64,000 bases of DNA from Hyphochytrium catenoides (lineage: Eukaryota > Protista > Hyphochytriomycota), in NCBI GenBank assembly GCA_900088475.1, contig FLMG01000904.1, forward strand, positions 90,917 through 154,916. Reading direction: 5' to 3'. The notes under the pieces were generated by a model that searched no databases, had not been told where the DNA came from, and saw only the letters and a list, made by a program, of their open reading frames with translations. Every line of letters begins with the position of its first letter. Position 1 is the first letter of the stretch. Made by a program: the position numbers and the translations under genes. Shown here piece by piece: positions 49,801 through 61,177 of the stretch.

Positions 49801-50567
49801 CCTGCTCGCGGGTAAATGAAGCTGGCGCGCAGCGGGGCTTTGTACTAGTGAGGCAGTGCGGACAAGTCAGGGCCGCTGAGTTGACCACTTGGTCGATACT
49901 GAGCTTGGAACGAAAGTCAGTAGTCAATACCATGGGAGAACTAGACGTGAGTGGCAAGTCAGCAGAGGCTTCTGATGTGGATGTGTTGATGTCTCCTCAG
50001 TCGCTGGGCTGATGAGAGTGTTGGAGGCTGGAGAGCAAGTAACCGGACAAATGGCGCTAACGGCCAATGTAGCCGGTAACAGCAGGAGATTGCTTTTGTG
50101 ATAGTGTGTCATACACAGAGCGGCAACGAATGAAGAGGGATGATGATACAGCAGCAGAGCGATAAAGGCAGATCTTCAGTCGGACGGCCAGCTGAGACTA
50201 ATGAGGAGGCGGGAGAGTTCAACTGTTTAATAAAATTTACGCAATGAAGGTTGACATTTGAGGATTTATACCCTTCCATGCGGTGGAAAGAATACTCTGG
50301 CTGTGAGATTGAAGCTACCTCAAGAAGTACGTCACGGTAAAGATGAGAGTCAGTGCTTTTGATTATGCGTCCCAACAATCGCCATGACATTGCCATTCGC
50401 ATATCTTACCACCTACTGACCCTTCCTATCGAGTTGACATCGCGGAGCCCCACTCCTTGAGATAAGATTTGCGGACGGCAACGTGCCATATGACCAAGGA
50501 CATCAGTGAAGATCGCAGGTCGCAAAGTCTGTGCGCTTTGAAATTAGCTTACAGGACAAGGAATACT

Positions 50568-51049
50568 CTAGTGATGACTGTGCGCCTTCTTGACAAACCG
50601 CAATCCGCAATACTTGCAGATTTGAGGTACACCAGGTTTAGCCAGGTTTAGCTGGATCCATTCAACAGGATGTCCGAGAGGGCCAGCTCCTGTAAAAGAG
50701 GTTAACAAAGACAACTGTGAAGATGACAACACTCCATCATTGACTAGGGCTAACCTCCGTCACAGACAGCGAAGTCACGATCAACCTCGATAACTGGCAC
50801 TTTGTTGACAAGCTCCTCAGCATTACTCCGGTGTTTGTTCTTTGCCTAAGATGCATCGTGAGCTTGGAATTCGAATATGTTTTGCGTTGTTCTCACCGGC
50901 CCTGTCGCGGAATCGTAATCCCAAGCGTCGCCTAGGTCTCCAGTGCTCATATGCCGAATCACAGGTGGAGTTCTGCGAAGTAGGAGCTGCGGTCTCCGTC
51001 TTAATAGACCGCAAAGTTGGGCAGCATGTGCCCTAATCATCGCCGCCAT
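50568..51049 (-). CDS. NDUFS6: NADH:ubiquinone oxidoreductase 13 kDa-A subunit (zf-CHCC), 3 exons, 121 aa
   Basis: Exons 51049-50897, 50845-50755 and 50689-50568 give a presequence followed by HRSNAEELVNKVPVIEVDRDFAVCDGGAGPLGHPVEWIQLNLAKPGVPQICKYCGLRFVKK, with the CDGG-GHP-CxYCG zinc finger. The ORF track shows only exon 1. Confidence 0.95.
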
Positions 51050-53868
51050 AGCTCCACAACGCTCAATAGATTAAATGAAAAGGTCCAACTAGTAGGTCTT
51101 CAGCTCCGAAGGGCGCGTCAAGGAGTCGTCACTGACCTCGACCGGCAGCAAGACAGCAGGAGATGATATCGCTCTGAGCAGCGCTGCTAGAGACAAAAAC
51201 GGCAATGACACCTGCAGTCTGCAAATCAGTCTGCTGTCTGCTGAGTTCTTGCTTCCCAGTCATCCGTCATATTTGGAACACAGTCATCCCCTCTTGGATC
51301 CAGCTGGGGGAATATTGAATTCTATATTCTTGCGGCGAGAATGTGAAAGACCTTGTGGGAATCTTATAGTAGCGGCTACTGGTCAGCACTAAGCGATACT
51401 CCAATTTTTACAGTACATTTACTCTATCTGCAGTTCTGTTCTGCTCTATGATGATTCTTATAAAAAAAGATAATAAGGTGCCGTCAGACATCTAAGGACG
51501 GCGATGACCAGGAGCTGTTTCTATTATCAGTAATGAGTAAGGGCTGTTTCTATTATAACCTATATCTTGTATGTAGGGCAATGAAGCTCTGCACTACCTA
51601 CAGGTATATATGATAGAAAAGAAGGTGGAAGAGCAATGATTCCTCTCCGTCCGATGTCGGCTACCTGCTGGCGATCGGCTCACCAACCGCTCTTTTGTGG
51701 AGGGAAGGTCAATGTGAAAAGAAGAATGGCATGAGAAATAGAGGCTGTCCTCCGGCAAGAATGGCAAGAAGGAGTAAAGTAAATATTGTATGAGAGCATG
51801 AGAAGAGGGAACCGGCTTCAGCAAAAAAAGAGAATTAATAGGTCTTCTCTCTCTTCTTTGAAAATCACACTACATCTGTAAGGAGCTGCAACAAGAAAGC
51901 CAGTAGAGTGGACAATGTGAAAGATAAGTGGTTATTAGGTGACTTGATACGGAAGTAAAGGAATGGGACGTACTACGAAGCACATTATCAAGAGAAGAGT
52001 ATTTTGAATCTTCATAGAACATTAAAAGAAGAGCGAGCAGCCAAAGGTCCATACTACTGTCCACTGATGATGATGTGCCAGCACTTACTCTTTGCCCCAC
52101 AAAGGTGTCCAACCAGGTGAACATTTCTTCTTCTTTTCCAGCAAGTTCGCCGGGAGAAAGAAAGTTCACCCTGACCAACTCCGATCTTTCTTACATCATC
52201 ACATAGGAGGTACTACTCTCTGCCTTTCCTCAAGGATAAAGGCCTTCTTTGCTGAGCAAGTTATCTGTTCTTGCATATCGCGGGTATCCTCTACCCCTTT
52301 GCACAGAAGTCCACGTAACATAGAACTTCCTTTATAAGATTTTGGGTACCAGGTCTCTCTTGCGGCCACTAGGTACCCATCATAGGCCGCAAGTTATAAT
52401 GACTCCATCAAGTTGACATTTGATTCCCCTTAGAACCGCTCATCATCATAGCACTAAGCTTCACTTCAGAGGTCCCAATTTGCGTACATCATTTGCTGAT
52501 AACCCTGCTACCTACTAGGGCATCATCTCCTCGACGCAAAAAATACTAGAAAGAAAGTATAGGTGCTGTCGTGCTGTTGCCTGTTGCCTTTAGCTTCGCT
52601 TTTTATGCGCATGATGACAACCTTCAGGCATTGGCTTGCCGTACAGTAGTCTTACTTGGCGAATCGATTGCACCTGTTGAAGACATGAACTATATTATGT
52701 GCATCACGTACGGTGGGACCTTTGAGAAGAGGCGTAATAAGAGTTCCACAATATAAGGGTTCTATCTTCCTGCTGTTGCTCTCTATTACTACTCAAGGCC
52801 CTCAGCAGGATCTGCAGGCGCCCACTTTAGAACGACGCATCAGGGGACCGACCACTGCTCGAAGGTTAATGTGGACAGCCAGGATGGACGGGAGGCTGCT
52901 CGGACTGCCTTCACTCCGAGCAACAGAGCGGCGATACTTCCAGTACCAGTTGCCGTCCGAGGAAGTGAACGTTTATTCAAACCTCTGCCTTGCACAGAAC
53001 CGTTTCTGTTTCCGAGCTTGGTTGTCATGATACATAGCCTTTGAATAGTGTTTGTATGATTTATATCTCATTGTTCTTGACCACAAGATCCACCGTTACC
53101 CCTTCACCAGTAGTACAGTAGTAGTTCTATCTGCACTACCGTTTCTTTGCCTATGGAATGTTGGCTTAGACCCGGCTTAGATTATGGAGAAACAGTAGTA
53201 GAAATAAAACCTAATAACTCAATATCCCGACTACAGGTGGCTTACTTATTGGACGCAGCTTCTTCACCTTCGAGAAAAAGGAATAAGAAGGAAGATGGGT
53301 TGGGAACTACCCTTCCGGGAGACGAGGGGAAGACATTAGTGGCCTGTGGAAGTGGGGTCTGTGGTCCCTGCTATGACCGGGCACCGTTGCCTTGCAGCGG
53401 TGCAGAATGCAGATGGTTATTAGGATAGTACAGCGCTTGTCAGCCACAGCGCGCTTACTCGTAGATGCTGAAGTTCTGTCCTCTTCGGTGCATAATCCTT
53501 GTTCTGTGTCCGTACTCCCATTCTTAAGCCAAAGAAACAGCATTGCCGTGAACTCTATTGAACCCATCCCTGTGGACCCAGCCTTCCTGTCAGATGGAAT
53601 AACCTTCTTTCTGCCATCGGCTTCTCAATGCCATCTTTAGCCTTTACAGATTAGCTTCTGAAGCTTCTTGTTGAAGCTTTCTTCAAACAATATTCCGTTG
53701 GCAAACATCATCCTCAGTTTACAGATATCGGGTCCTCGGCACTAGTCGTTCGGCGCGGCGAGTAGCAGAAACGTATTTGACATCGTGGAGCTTAACACAT
53801 TTTGCTTTACACGCTTTTTTGAAGTATCGCTATAGCAGGGAAAAAAGGACTCTTCAGAAGCTGAACAA

Positions 53869-55428
53869 ATGGGTCTCTTACATGGCGGCACCTCGGTGGT
53901 GGTGGCGCTGTTAAGCTTATCAGCTACTATCCACATATTTCTCTTCTATACTGCAAACGCGGCAACTATTGCCGCGGTGAGACGGCAGCGGAGTCTCATC
54001 GAAGCCCAGCCGCTTGTTACTCCGGCTGACATCTCCACTTGCAATATTACTGCTGATGAGCAATGTTCACCTGCAGAATTCAAGACTACCAACGGCACTC
54101 TCATCCTTCCAGGAGGGAACACCTCTTGCCTGTGGGGTAAGCCATATGGCTTCACCTACTACCCAGGGTCCGGCGACGATGCAAAGAAGCTCCTCATTTT
54201 CTTCCAGGGTGGTGGGGCTTGTTTCCTTAGTAAGTATCCGAACCTGAGTGGTACCTGCAGTCACATCGCAAAAGATCTCAATGTTCAGTTCACAGCGGCG
54301 AGTCAAGTTTACTTTGACGACTTCACAGGTGTATTCTCTCCTGTGGATGAAGGGAATCCTTACAGGTCATGGACAAAGGTTGTCGTGCATTACTGCTCGG
54401 GTGACCTTTACCTTGGCTCCTTGAACCGATCGTACGCCTATACCAATCGGACAGACGACACACAGCTCACCGACGAGGCCTTTCAGCGGGGCTTTGAGAA
54501 CACATTGTCAGCTTTGACGTGGACTATCAGGAACTTTCCATCGCCAGATAGACTTGTCATTGCGGGCATGAGCGCTGGGGCGGTCGGAGCTCATCTTTGG
54601 TCTGACTACCTTCTCTCACGGTATAGCAAGATGGCGGATAGTCAGAAGGCTGTGGTACTGGATTCTTTTGGCCTCAGCGTTTTTCCTGCCAATCAAGGCA
54701 CAGTGATTAGGGAGACTGGCATCTGCGAATCTCTGCAAAGCTTGGGACTCCTCGTAGATGAGAAGCTGGCTCACTGCCAGAGGGGCGAGCTATGGATCAA
54801 TGAAGTTATATCTCAAGTTCATCAGAAGCATAACAACGTACCCTTTGTGATAGTCCAGTCCAAGATTGACAGCATCCAACAGGTCTTCTATAGTAGCCTC
54901 GCTTTGTTGGCCGATCTGAAAGTTATTCAGATCACGCCTCTTCAGCTTCCGGCTGGTGTGGATCTGGTGTATCCGTTCCTTCCCATCAAGCCGGACGAGT
55001 TCTATAGGGAGACGATGAAGGTGCTCAACTACTTTCTGCAGAACAGCAAGAATGTTCTATACTACTTGAGAAGCTCCGACCAGCATCAATATTTCACGGA
55101 TCCAAACTTCACAACTGTTGGCTTTGACTCAAAGCCTGATAAGCCCACTCTAGTTACGTTTCTAAGCCAGTTCCCGCTTGCTGTTGGGGAGAAAGCAGAG
55201 TCGCTCTGTGAGGAAGACTCCCTTTATCCCTGCCCAGGGATTGCATCCACTTTCACCCAGAGAGAGAAGGCAGCCCCACTACCCGCCGAGGCTATCACGA
55301 CTACTCCTGCACCTCCAGCTCCGTCGCCAGGCTCCACAGTACGGTCCATGGCTCCAGACGGAGTGACGACTTGCCTGCTTTCTGCGATCTTGGCGCTTGG
55401 TGCTCTCGCACATCTGCTGCTGGTGTAA
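53869..55428 (+). CDS. Pectin acetylesterase/Notum-family esterase, secreted and probably GPI-anchored, intronless
   Basis: N-terminal hydrophobic segment; motifs LIFFQGGGAC, YCSGDLYLG and nucleophile elbow GMSAGAVG; Pro/Thr linker; hydrophobic C-terminal tail. Confidence 0.88.
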   Translation: MGLLHGGTSVVVALLSLSATIHIFLFYTANAATIAAVRRQRSLIEAQPLVTPADISTCNITADEQCSPAEFKTTNGTLILPGGNTSCLWGKPYGFTYYPGSGDDAKKLLIFFQGGGACFLSKYPNLSGTCSHIAKDLNVQFTAASQVYFDDFTGVFSPVDEGNPYRSWTKVVVHYCSGDLYLGSLNRSYAYTNRTDDTQLTDEAFQRGFENTLSALTWTIRNFPSPDRLVIAGMSAGAVGAHLWSDYLLSRYSKMADSQKAVVLDSFGLSVFPANQGTVIRETGICESLQSLGLLVDEKLAHCQRGELWINEVISQVHQKHNNVPFVIVQSKIDSIQQVFYSSLALLADLKVIQITPLQLPAGVDLVYPFLPIKPDEFYRETMKVLNYFLQNSKNVLYYLRSSDQHQYFTDPNFTTVGFDSKPDKPTLVTFLSQFPLAVGEKAESLCEEDSLYPCPGIASTFTQREKAAPLPAEAITTTPAPPAPSPGSTVRSMAPDGVTTCLLSAILALGALAHLLLV

Positions 55429-55593
55429 CAACAACCACTGCAGCTTCCCAACAAACACTTATGTCTCAATAAAACCATCCTCTACTATAGAAATAATAAG
55501 AGCCTAGGACAATTGAAATTCTTTTAAAGTCCAGACAGCTCACGGCGGTCTGCTAAGAGGGACGCAAGCGAGTTTTCTAGGCTGCTAGCTCGA

Positions 55594-58322
55594 CTATTCC
55601 TCCTCATCCTCTTCCTCTTCTTCTTCCTCCTCTTCTTCCTCAAGCCACTGCAGGAATTTTGTGACGTCAATGATAGCCGTGGTCTTGCCTGGCACCTTGT
55701 CTGAGAGGTCATCTTTCCATTCGATGAAGCCTTGGTCCTCAATCACATCTAAAGCAGTCGAGCATACGAGCCTCACCACCAAGCATCATCGTCAACAGGA
55801 GCCGAGGACTCTTACCACACTGGTGCAGCTGGATAAATAGTTTCTCCAAAAGTCCCTTAGGATGTCCCACCTCGATGTAGTACCTTGGATGGGATAATGA
55901 GCGGTGCTATTGGCTATGAACAGCAATACACCAGGAGACTTACCGTTGGGCTTCAAAAAGGGCCTCCATCGCCTCTTTGGGCGCGACCTCGTAAAGGTAG
56001 TCGCCCAACAGGGCTCCGTACTGCCCTTGAGTCACCCACTTCAGGTCATCATTCTTGGATTTTACAGCCTTGGCCCTAGGAAGGCTAGCTGAGTTCAGGA
56101 AGGCCCAATCAAACAGTTCCTTGAGGGTTACCTGAGGAGTGCAGCCAAAATTTGACCTCCCTTCAACTCAACATTAGCTGCTGTGGCCTGCTCTTTAACC
56201 CAATCCTTGAGTGCAGAGCCTACATATTGAATGAGTTCCCCGCTTTTTTACGCCGATATTTCCCTCAAGTTGTCTGTTACTTACCTCGAAGATCGCTCTC
56301 TAAGATCTTCGAAATGAGGTCGTCTCTCTTTTTCTGCAGCTCTTCTGGGGATTCAGTAGAACGTTTTTGCACCTCCTAAATACATAGAAACCGAGGTCAG
56401 CAAACCATATTGATGGTGGACTGTTCGCAGACAGATAGACCTCCTGAGGCTTGCTCTTGCTTGTATCCTCATCCTGGACCGTGAGCTCTTCAAGCTTCTC
56501 TTCCACCTGCAACATTGAAAATGTCTTAGCCGCGACTTTTGCCAGAGATTTACAAGTGGAGGACCTTAGTGACAAGAGCCTGGCGAGCTCCTGGGCTCCT
56601 TGATCTGCTACCGCCTCTGGGCGGGCTCCGAGAGCCTGAAGGTCTGACGCGATCACCTGCCATAAAAAGGGTTACCCCAGTCCAAATGTAAGGTGTGGCA
56701 GATGCAGCCTCTCACCTTCCCGTCTCGCTGGACTATCGCTCAGCCTTCCTCTGCCTGTGGCAAACTTATAATCAGGTTTTGATTGCTGCCCTTAGTAGAG
56801 GCGAGATAACATACCAGGATCCTCACGTCTAGATATATTACTTCGCTCTCCAGAATCCCTACGATCCGATCGTGGTCCTCCACCAATCGTCCTTAGACCA
56901 CTCCGGCTTTCTCTGCGAGTGCTAGCGGAAAGAGGTAAGCCGAAGTAAACTGCAGACTATTGCCGAGATAGATACGAACCCGGCAAGCATCTCAGCTTCT
57001 AGCCTAGCCCATTTATCTAGTTTCTCGGGCTGTTTCTCAGCCGATGGAGGATTCTGATACTCTAGAGCGTCCTAAAGAGGCGGTCGGTAGTCAGCGTGAA
57101 AGAACGCCCCGCAGAATCCAACTCTTTAAGGACTCACCTTGGTCAGCACGGCCCTAGCACCCCCAAAGGGGTCTACCTTTCTCCGAGGAGAAGAAGGCTT
57201 GGTCACCGATTCGGCCTTGGCTGGCTCCTGCTTCTCGGTGGAAGGCTTCGTAGGTTCTACACTTAGGAGTTAGTGGTGCAGACTACAACCAGTAGGTCCG
57301 TGTTATGAGTACCAGCTGGAATGGGAGTCTCTCGCTTCTTCAATTGTAGCTTCAAATGTGCAGGACGTTCGCTGGGTGCCTCATTGAAGCTATCGGAGGT
57401 TTGATGAGTATATTTGCAAGCTTATGAGGTAGCAGAATCTTATAACACACCTGTCTCTACCGCCAGGTCCACGGCCGCCATAGCTTCCAAAGCCTCTATC
57501 GCCGCGGTCGCCGAACCCACGGTCCGAGCCATATCTGTCGCGATCGCCGTATCTGTCCGCACCAAATCCTCCTCGGTCTCCATATCTATCACCACCAAAG
57601 CCACCGCGATCCCCGTATCTGTCTCCACCGAAGCCTCCACGGTCACTGTATCGGTCCCCTCCCCGATCCCCATAGCGGTCACGGTCGCCAAAGCCTTCAC
57701 CCCGAAACCCTCTATCTCTGTCTCCAAAGCGGTCACCATATCCACCCCGCTCTCTATCTCCAAAGCCCCTGTGCGTGTGTTGTTAGCTCCATGTGTGAGA
57801 TAGATAAAGGGCATGGCTAACTTCGCGTGAAAGGCTATACAAAGAGGTTCAATTGGCATAGGTGCAGACAACGAAGGGTCAAATTGTTATTCTGCAGCTC
57901 GTACCGGCCACCGGGACCCCTGTCTCCGAATCCACTTCCTTCAGGTGGACCCCGTCTCCAGTTATCGTCTAGATGCCGTGAGATTATTAAGGTCTACCGC
58001 CTACATGGATCAGTGGGTAGTCGACGTACCAGTCATTGCCGCTGATTGCGCTTCTTCATCCTCTTCGTCGTCTGCCCATCTTCCACTTCCCCTCCAGTGG
58101 CTTCCACCCTCGCCGCGAGGCCCATCACGGCCGCCCCTCCCGTAACCATCGCGTGAGCCATCGTCTTCGCCAACGCTGTTGATAATGGTTATCCCCGCTG
58201 AATTAGATGTCAAGGAAAGCATAGTCATCATGGCACCTGGGTCCGGTAGGCAGCCGGGCTTTTGGAGCGTAATTGCTATTGCCCAGGAAGTCTCCAAGGC
58301 TCATCTTCTTATTTTTACTCAT
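55594..58322 (-). CDS. eIF4B-like (DRYG-repeat) protein fused to a C-terminal W2 domain, multi-exon
   Basis: Start [14 protein letters not shown], then [22 protein letters not shown] repeats (57455-57770), [12 protein letters not shown] and DPFGGAR. The C-terminal W2 domain reads [44 protein letters not shown]...[23 protein letters not shown]. Confidence 0.78.
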
Positions 58323-59568
58323 GGTTCCGTACTATCTGTCTCAGCGAGCTGGTCTGGTGCTTGTAACGGAAAGAACAATAATCTCTGTTGCCTGTCCCAC
58401 CACGCCTAGAAGCTGTGTGAGGAGATCCGATGCCGCCGCCGAAGACCGATGCTGATGCGGAGGCTGGGGCAAGAAGAGAGCGTGCACTTCGTTCATTTTG
58501 TGTCACTGCTGGAGCGCCCGCCAACCACTTCCGCCGCCCTGAAGGCCATTATTACTGCACGATCAAGGTCCATGGCAAGGGTGATATTCCTAGAGGCAGA
58601 GTCAAAGGGTGATCCTATTATTATGCATTTGTACTTCCATGTTCTGTCAGGTAATAAAAGACGCCATAGAATCCAGCAGTATCCATGCCCTATCACTACT
58701 GGAGGAGATCTGGGAACCTGTTCTTCCCATAATAACTGTTTCCTTTCACTCGCTCTCCCTTCCACTTGGAGGTCATTCCTCGAACTGCAGGGCGTTAGTA
58801 GGCTGATCATCAGAGAAGGCGGCTCCTCAGCAGCCATGTGCGCCACGGCGAGCTGCATCAGAGCTGCATCGCAGAGCTGCTTAGCAGAGAGCTAGTGGTC
58901 ATCAAAGCCGCTTGTTACCTCATGCCGTTTTCCGTGGAAGCTTTGTCTTGATGATGAAGGTTGATCACGATCCACTGGGAGACAGTAGAAAGGAGATAGC
59001 TCACCACCCCTCAGACCGAAGGATTTGTTGCATGTGTTGTAGCAGCTCTGGTCTCTCGAGAAGCAAACCGGTCCAAACTGATAACGCCTAACGTCAATCA
59101 CCAGCCTCATTGTGATTGGTAATGGTCCCTCTAGTCAGAGTTTCGTCCGTTATCCCTTGACTGCTACTGAACTTGCATCTATTTCGACTGTCGAAGACAC
59201 CTCTTTGAGCTCTCCGATCGGCAATCGCATAGTATCTGAGTTTCTTTTGAGCCTGCGAATGGCCAAGTTCCTGTCATTATTGGTTAGCTCAGCCGTAGGC
59301 CATATAATCTGTAAGCGGAGGTAATCGATTATCTTCAAGCACGTCCATACGGACAGCAGGCGCATGAACAAGTCTGTCTCTCACTCTTCGAGTTGGTCCA
59401 GAATGTCCAAGTCTCCGGCACATGGTTATTAGCCTCATATGGTAAAACTATCTCATCTTCCCTTTGATGCTACCCGATAGCAAGAATGATGGTGCAAATT
59501 GAAGTGAGAAGCCTTGTTATGGCTAAGAGAGTTTATATCCTGTGGAGTCTCTAGATAGACGTCTCCCA

Positions 59569-61177
59569 TCACTTCTGCTTCAGCTTGCGTGCTTGAGGAA
59601 GCTGACCCTCAGCCACCTCATAGCTATGGCCTGCTTTTTGGAGGCGATTGACGAGCTTCATACCAAGAGCTGTTGCCGGAGTATGGAAGCCTCCTGGAAC
59701 CCTTGCATCACTTTCAAGAGCCAGACCAATACCAGTCTCTGCTAGCATGAGGGCGGTCTGCGAGTATCCGGGATCACCCTGCATCTCTACGAGAGCAAAC
59801 ACCTTAGGTGGAGCCTGAGCGCCAGCTGGCGCTACAGGCTTCGCAACAATCGTTGCTCGTGCCCACCCATTTTTCATGACATCGGCAGAGGGGCCCTACA
59901 ATGACGTAGTCAGCTACGACAGCGGGAGGAGACTAGTCTTTGCGGCAAACCTACCGATCCAGGGGGAAGGAGTCTTGTTAGGATCCACCTCACTGGAGGA
60001 AAGATGAGGAAGACAGGCCCAATGGCCACAGCAAAAGCGAGGATAAAGGCGCTGATGAGTCCTATTAGTCCTCTGCCGGTTGCTGCGGTTTCAGCGTATG
60101 AGAACTTGTCACCATAGTTCAAGACAGCACCACTCTTTCTGACGACTTTGGCGTTGATGGTCTGCATGACAAAGGGTCCAGTCCATTTTTTTATGTCCTT
60201 GTCAAACCATGGCACCATTTGATCGCCACCAGCTCCCTTCTGACCAGGGACCAAGCTATGAGCGTTGGCAGTGACCTTAAGCAGAGAGATTGTGAGCTCT
60301 GCATCCTCCTTGCTCGGAATACCAGCTTACTCACCTTCAGGCTCTTGAGGAATTTCGGCCAAGGCTGCTCAAATAGGCTGATCGCACTATCAAGAGTCCC
60401 TCCACTGACGCCACCTTGGGCTTCAAAATGACCAACTACTGGTCCGACGGAAGCCTTGAGCTTGTTCTTGATGTAGTCTGCTGCAACTAAAGTACCCAAG
60501 TCGCTTGGGATGGAATCAAAGCCGCAGCAGTGGACAATCTTCGCTCCCGATTGCTTTGCTCTTTCTCCATATTTTTCTGTCATCTCGTAGACAAACCATG
60601 GCTCTCCTGTTAGGTCAGCATAATGGACACCATTTTCGGCACAGGCTGCGACAAGTCCCTCGCCATATCTGCCGTAAGGACCAACGGTCGTAATGACTGC
60701 CTTTGTCTGGCGCACCATTCTAACCAGAGACCCGCGATCGGCACTGGAGGGGCAAAGCGCTTAGCCCATGACGACCAACGACAACGTGTGAGAGCATCAT
60801 ACCTATCAGCCTCAATAGTAGGAAGGTTGCTGGTATTGGGGTACATCTTGGCTACTCGTGACTTAACTCCTTCTAGCTTTGTAGCGGAGCGTCCAGCAAT
60901 CGCCCATTTCAATGACGCATTGACGTCATAGTTCTAGAGGAGACTCGTTAGAACTATAAAAGATAAAGCCGAACTCCATGCTTAACCTAGACAAATGCAG
61001 CTACCTTCGCAAGATACTCCACAATCAGGTTTCCTGTGAAGCCTGTCGCTCCAAAGACAACTGGCATCCAATAGTTTATTGGAGTGCACGTGCATACAGA
61101 GCAAATTAGCTGCAGTGGAGGATGGGTAACGGTAACTGCAGGTACGCACCAAGATCGAACGGCTTGCCAGTCGCCAT
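59569..61177 (-). CDS. Saccharopine dehydrogenase-like oxidoreductase (SCCPDH family), multi-exon
   Basis: MATGKPFDL|VVFGATGFTG (Rossmann fold), KWAIAGRS, TTVGPYGRYGE, HYADLTGEP, HCCGFDSIPSDLG, SGGT, GDPGYSQTA and GGFHTPATALG. Confidence 0.93.

Noticed and set aside
50632-50652. 10-bp tandem duplication CCAGGTTTAG as a possible insertion scar
   Set aside because: It lies within the intact NDUFS6 exon 3 (QLNLAKPG) and does not disrupt the frame.
53450-53660. PARP-like words ERRLFH and DGFNR on the minus strand
   Set aside because: They lie in different frames and lack the HGT and GxYF motifs; probably chance.
57414-57871. Val/Ala/Thr-rich ORFs 57414-57803 (+) and 57440-57871 (-)
   Set aside because: Shadow frames of the DRYG-repeat exon, which is read in another minus-strand frame.
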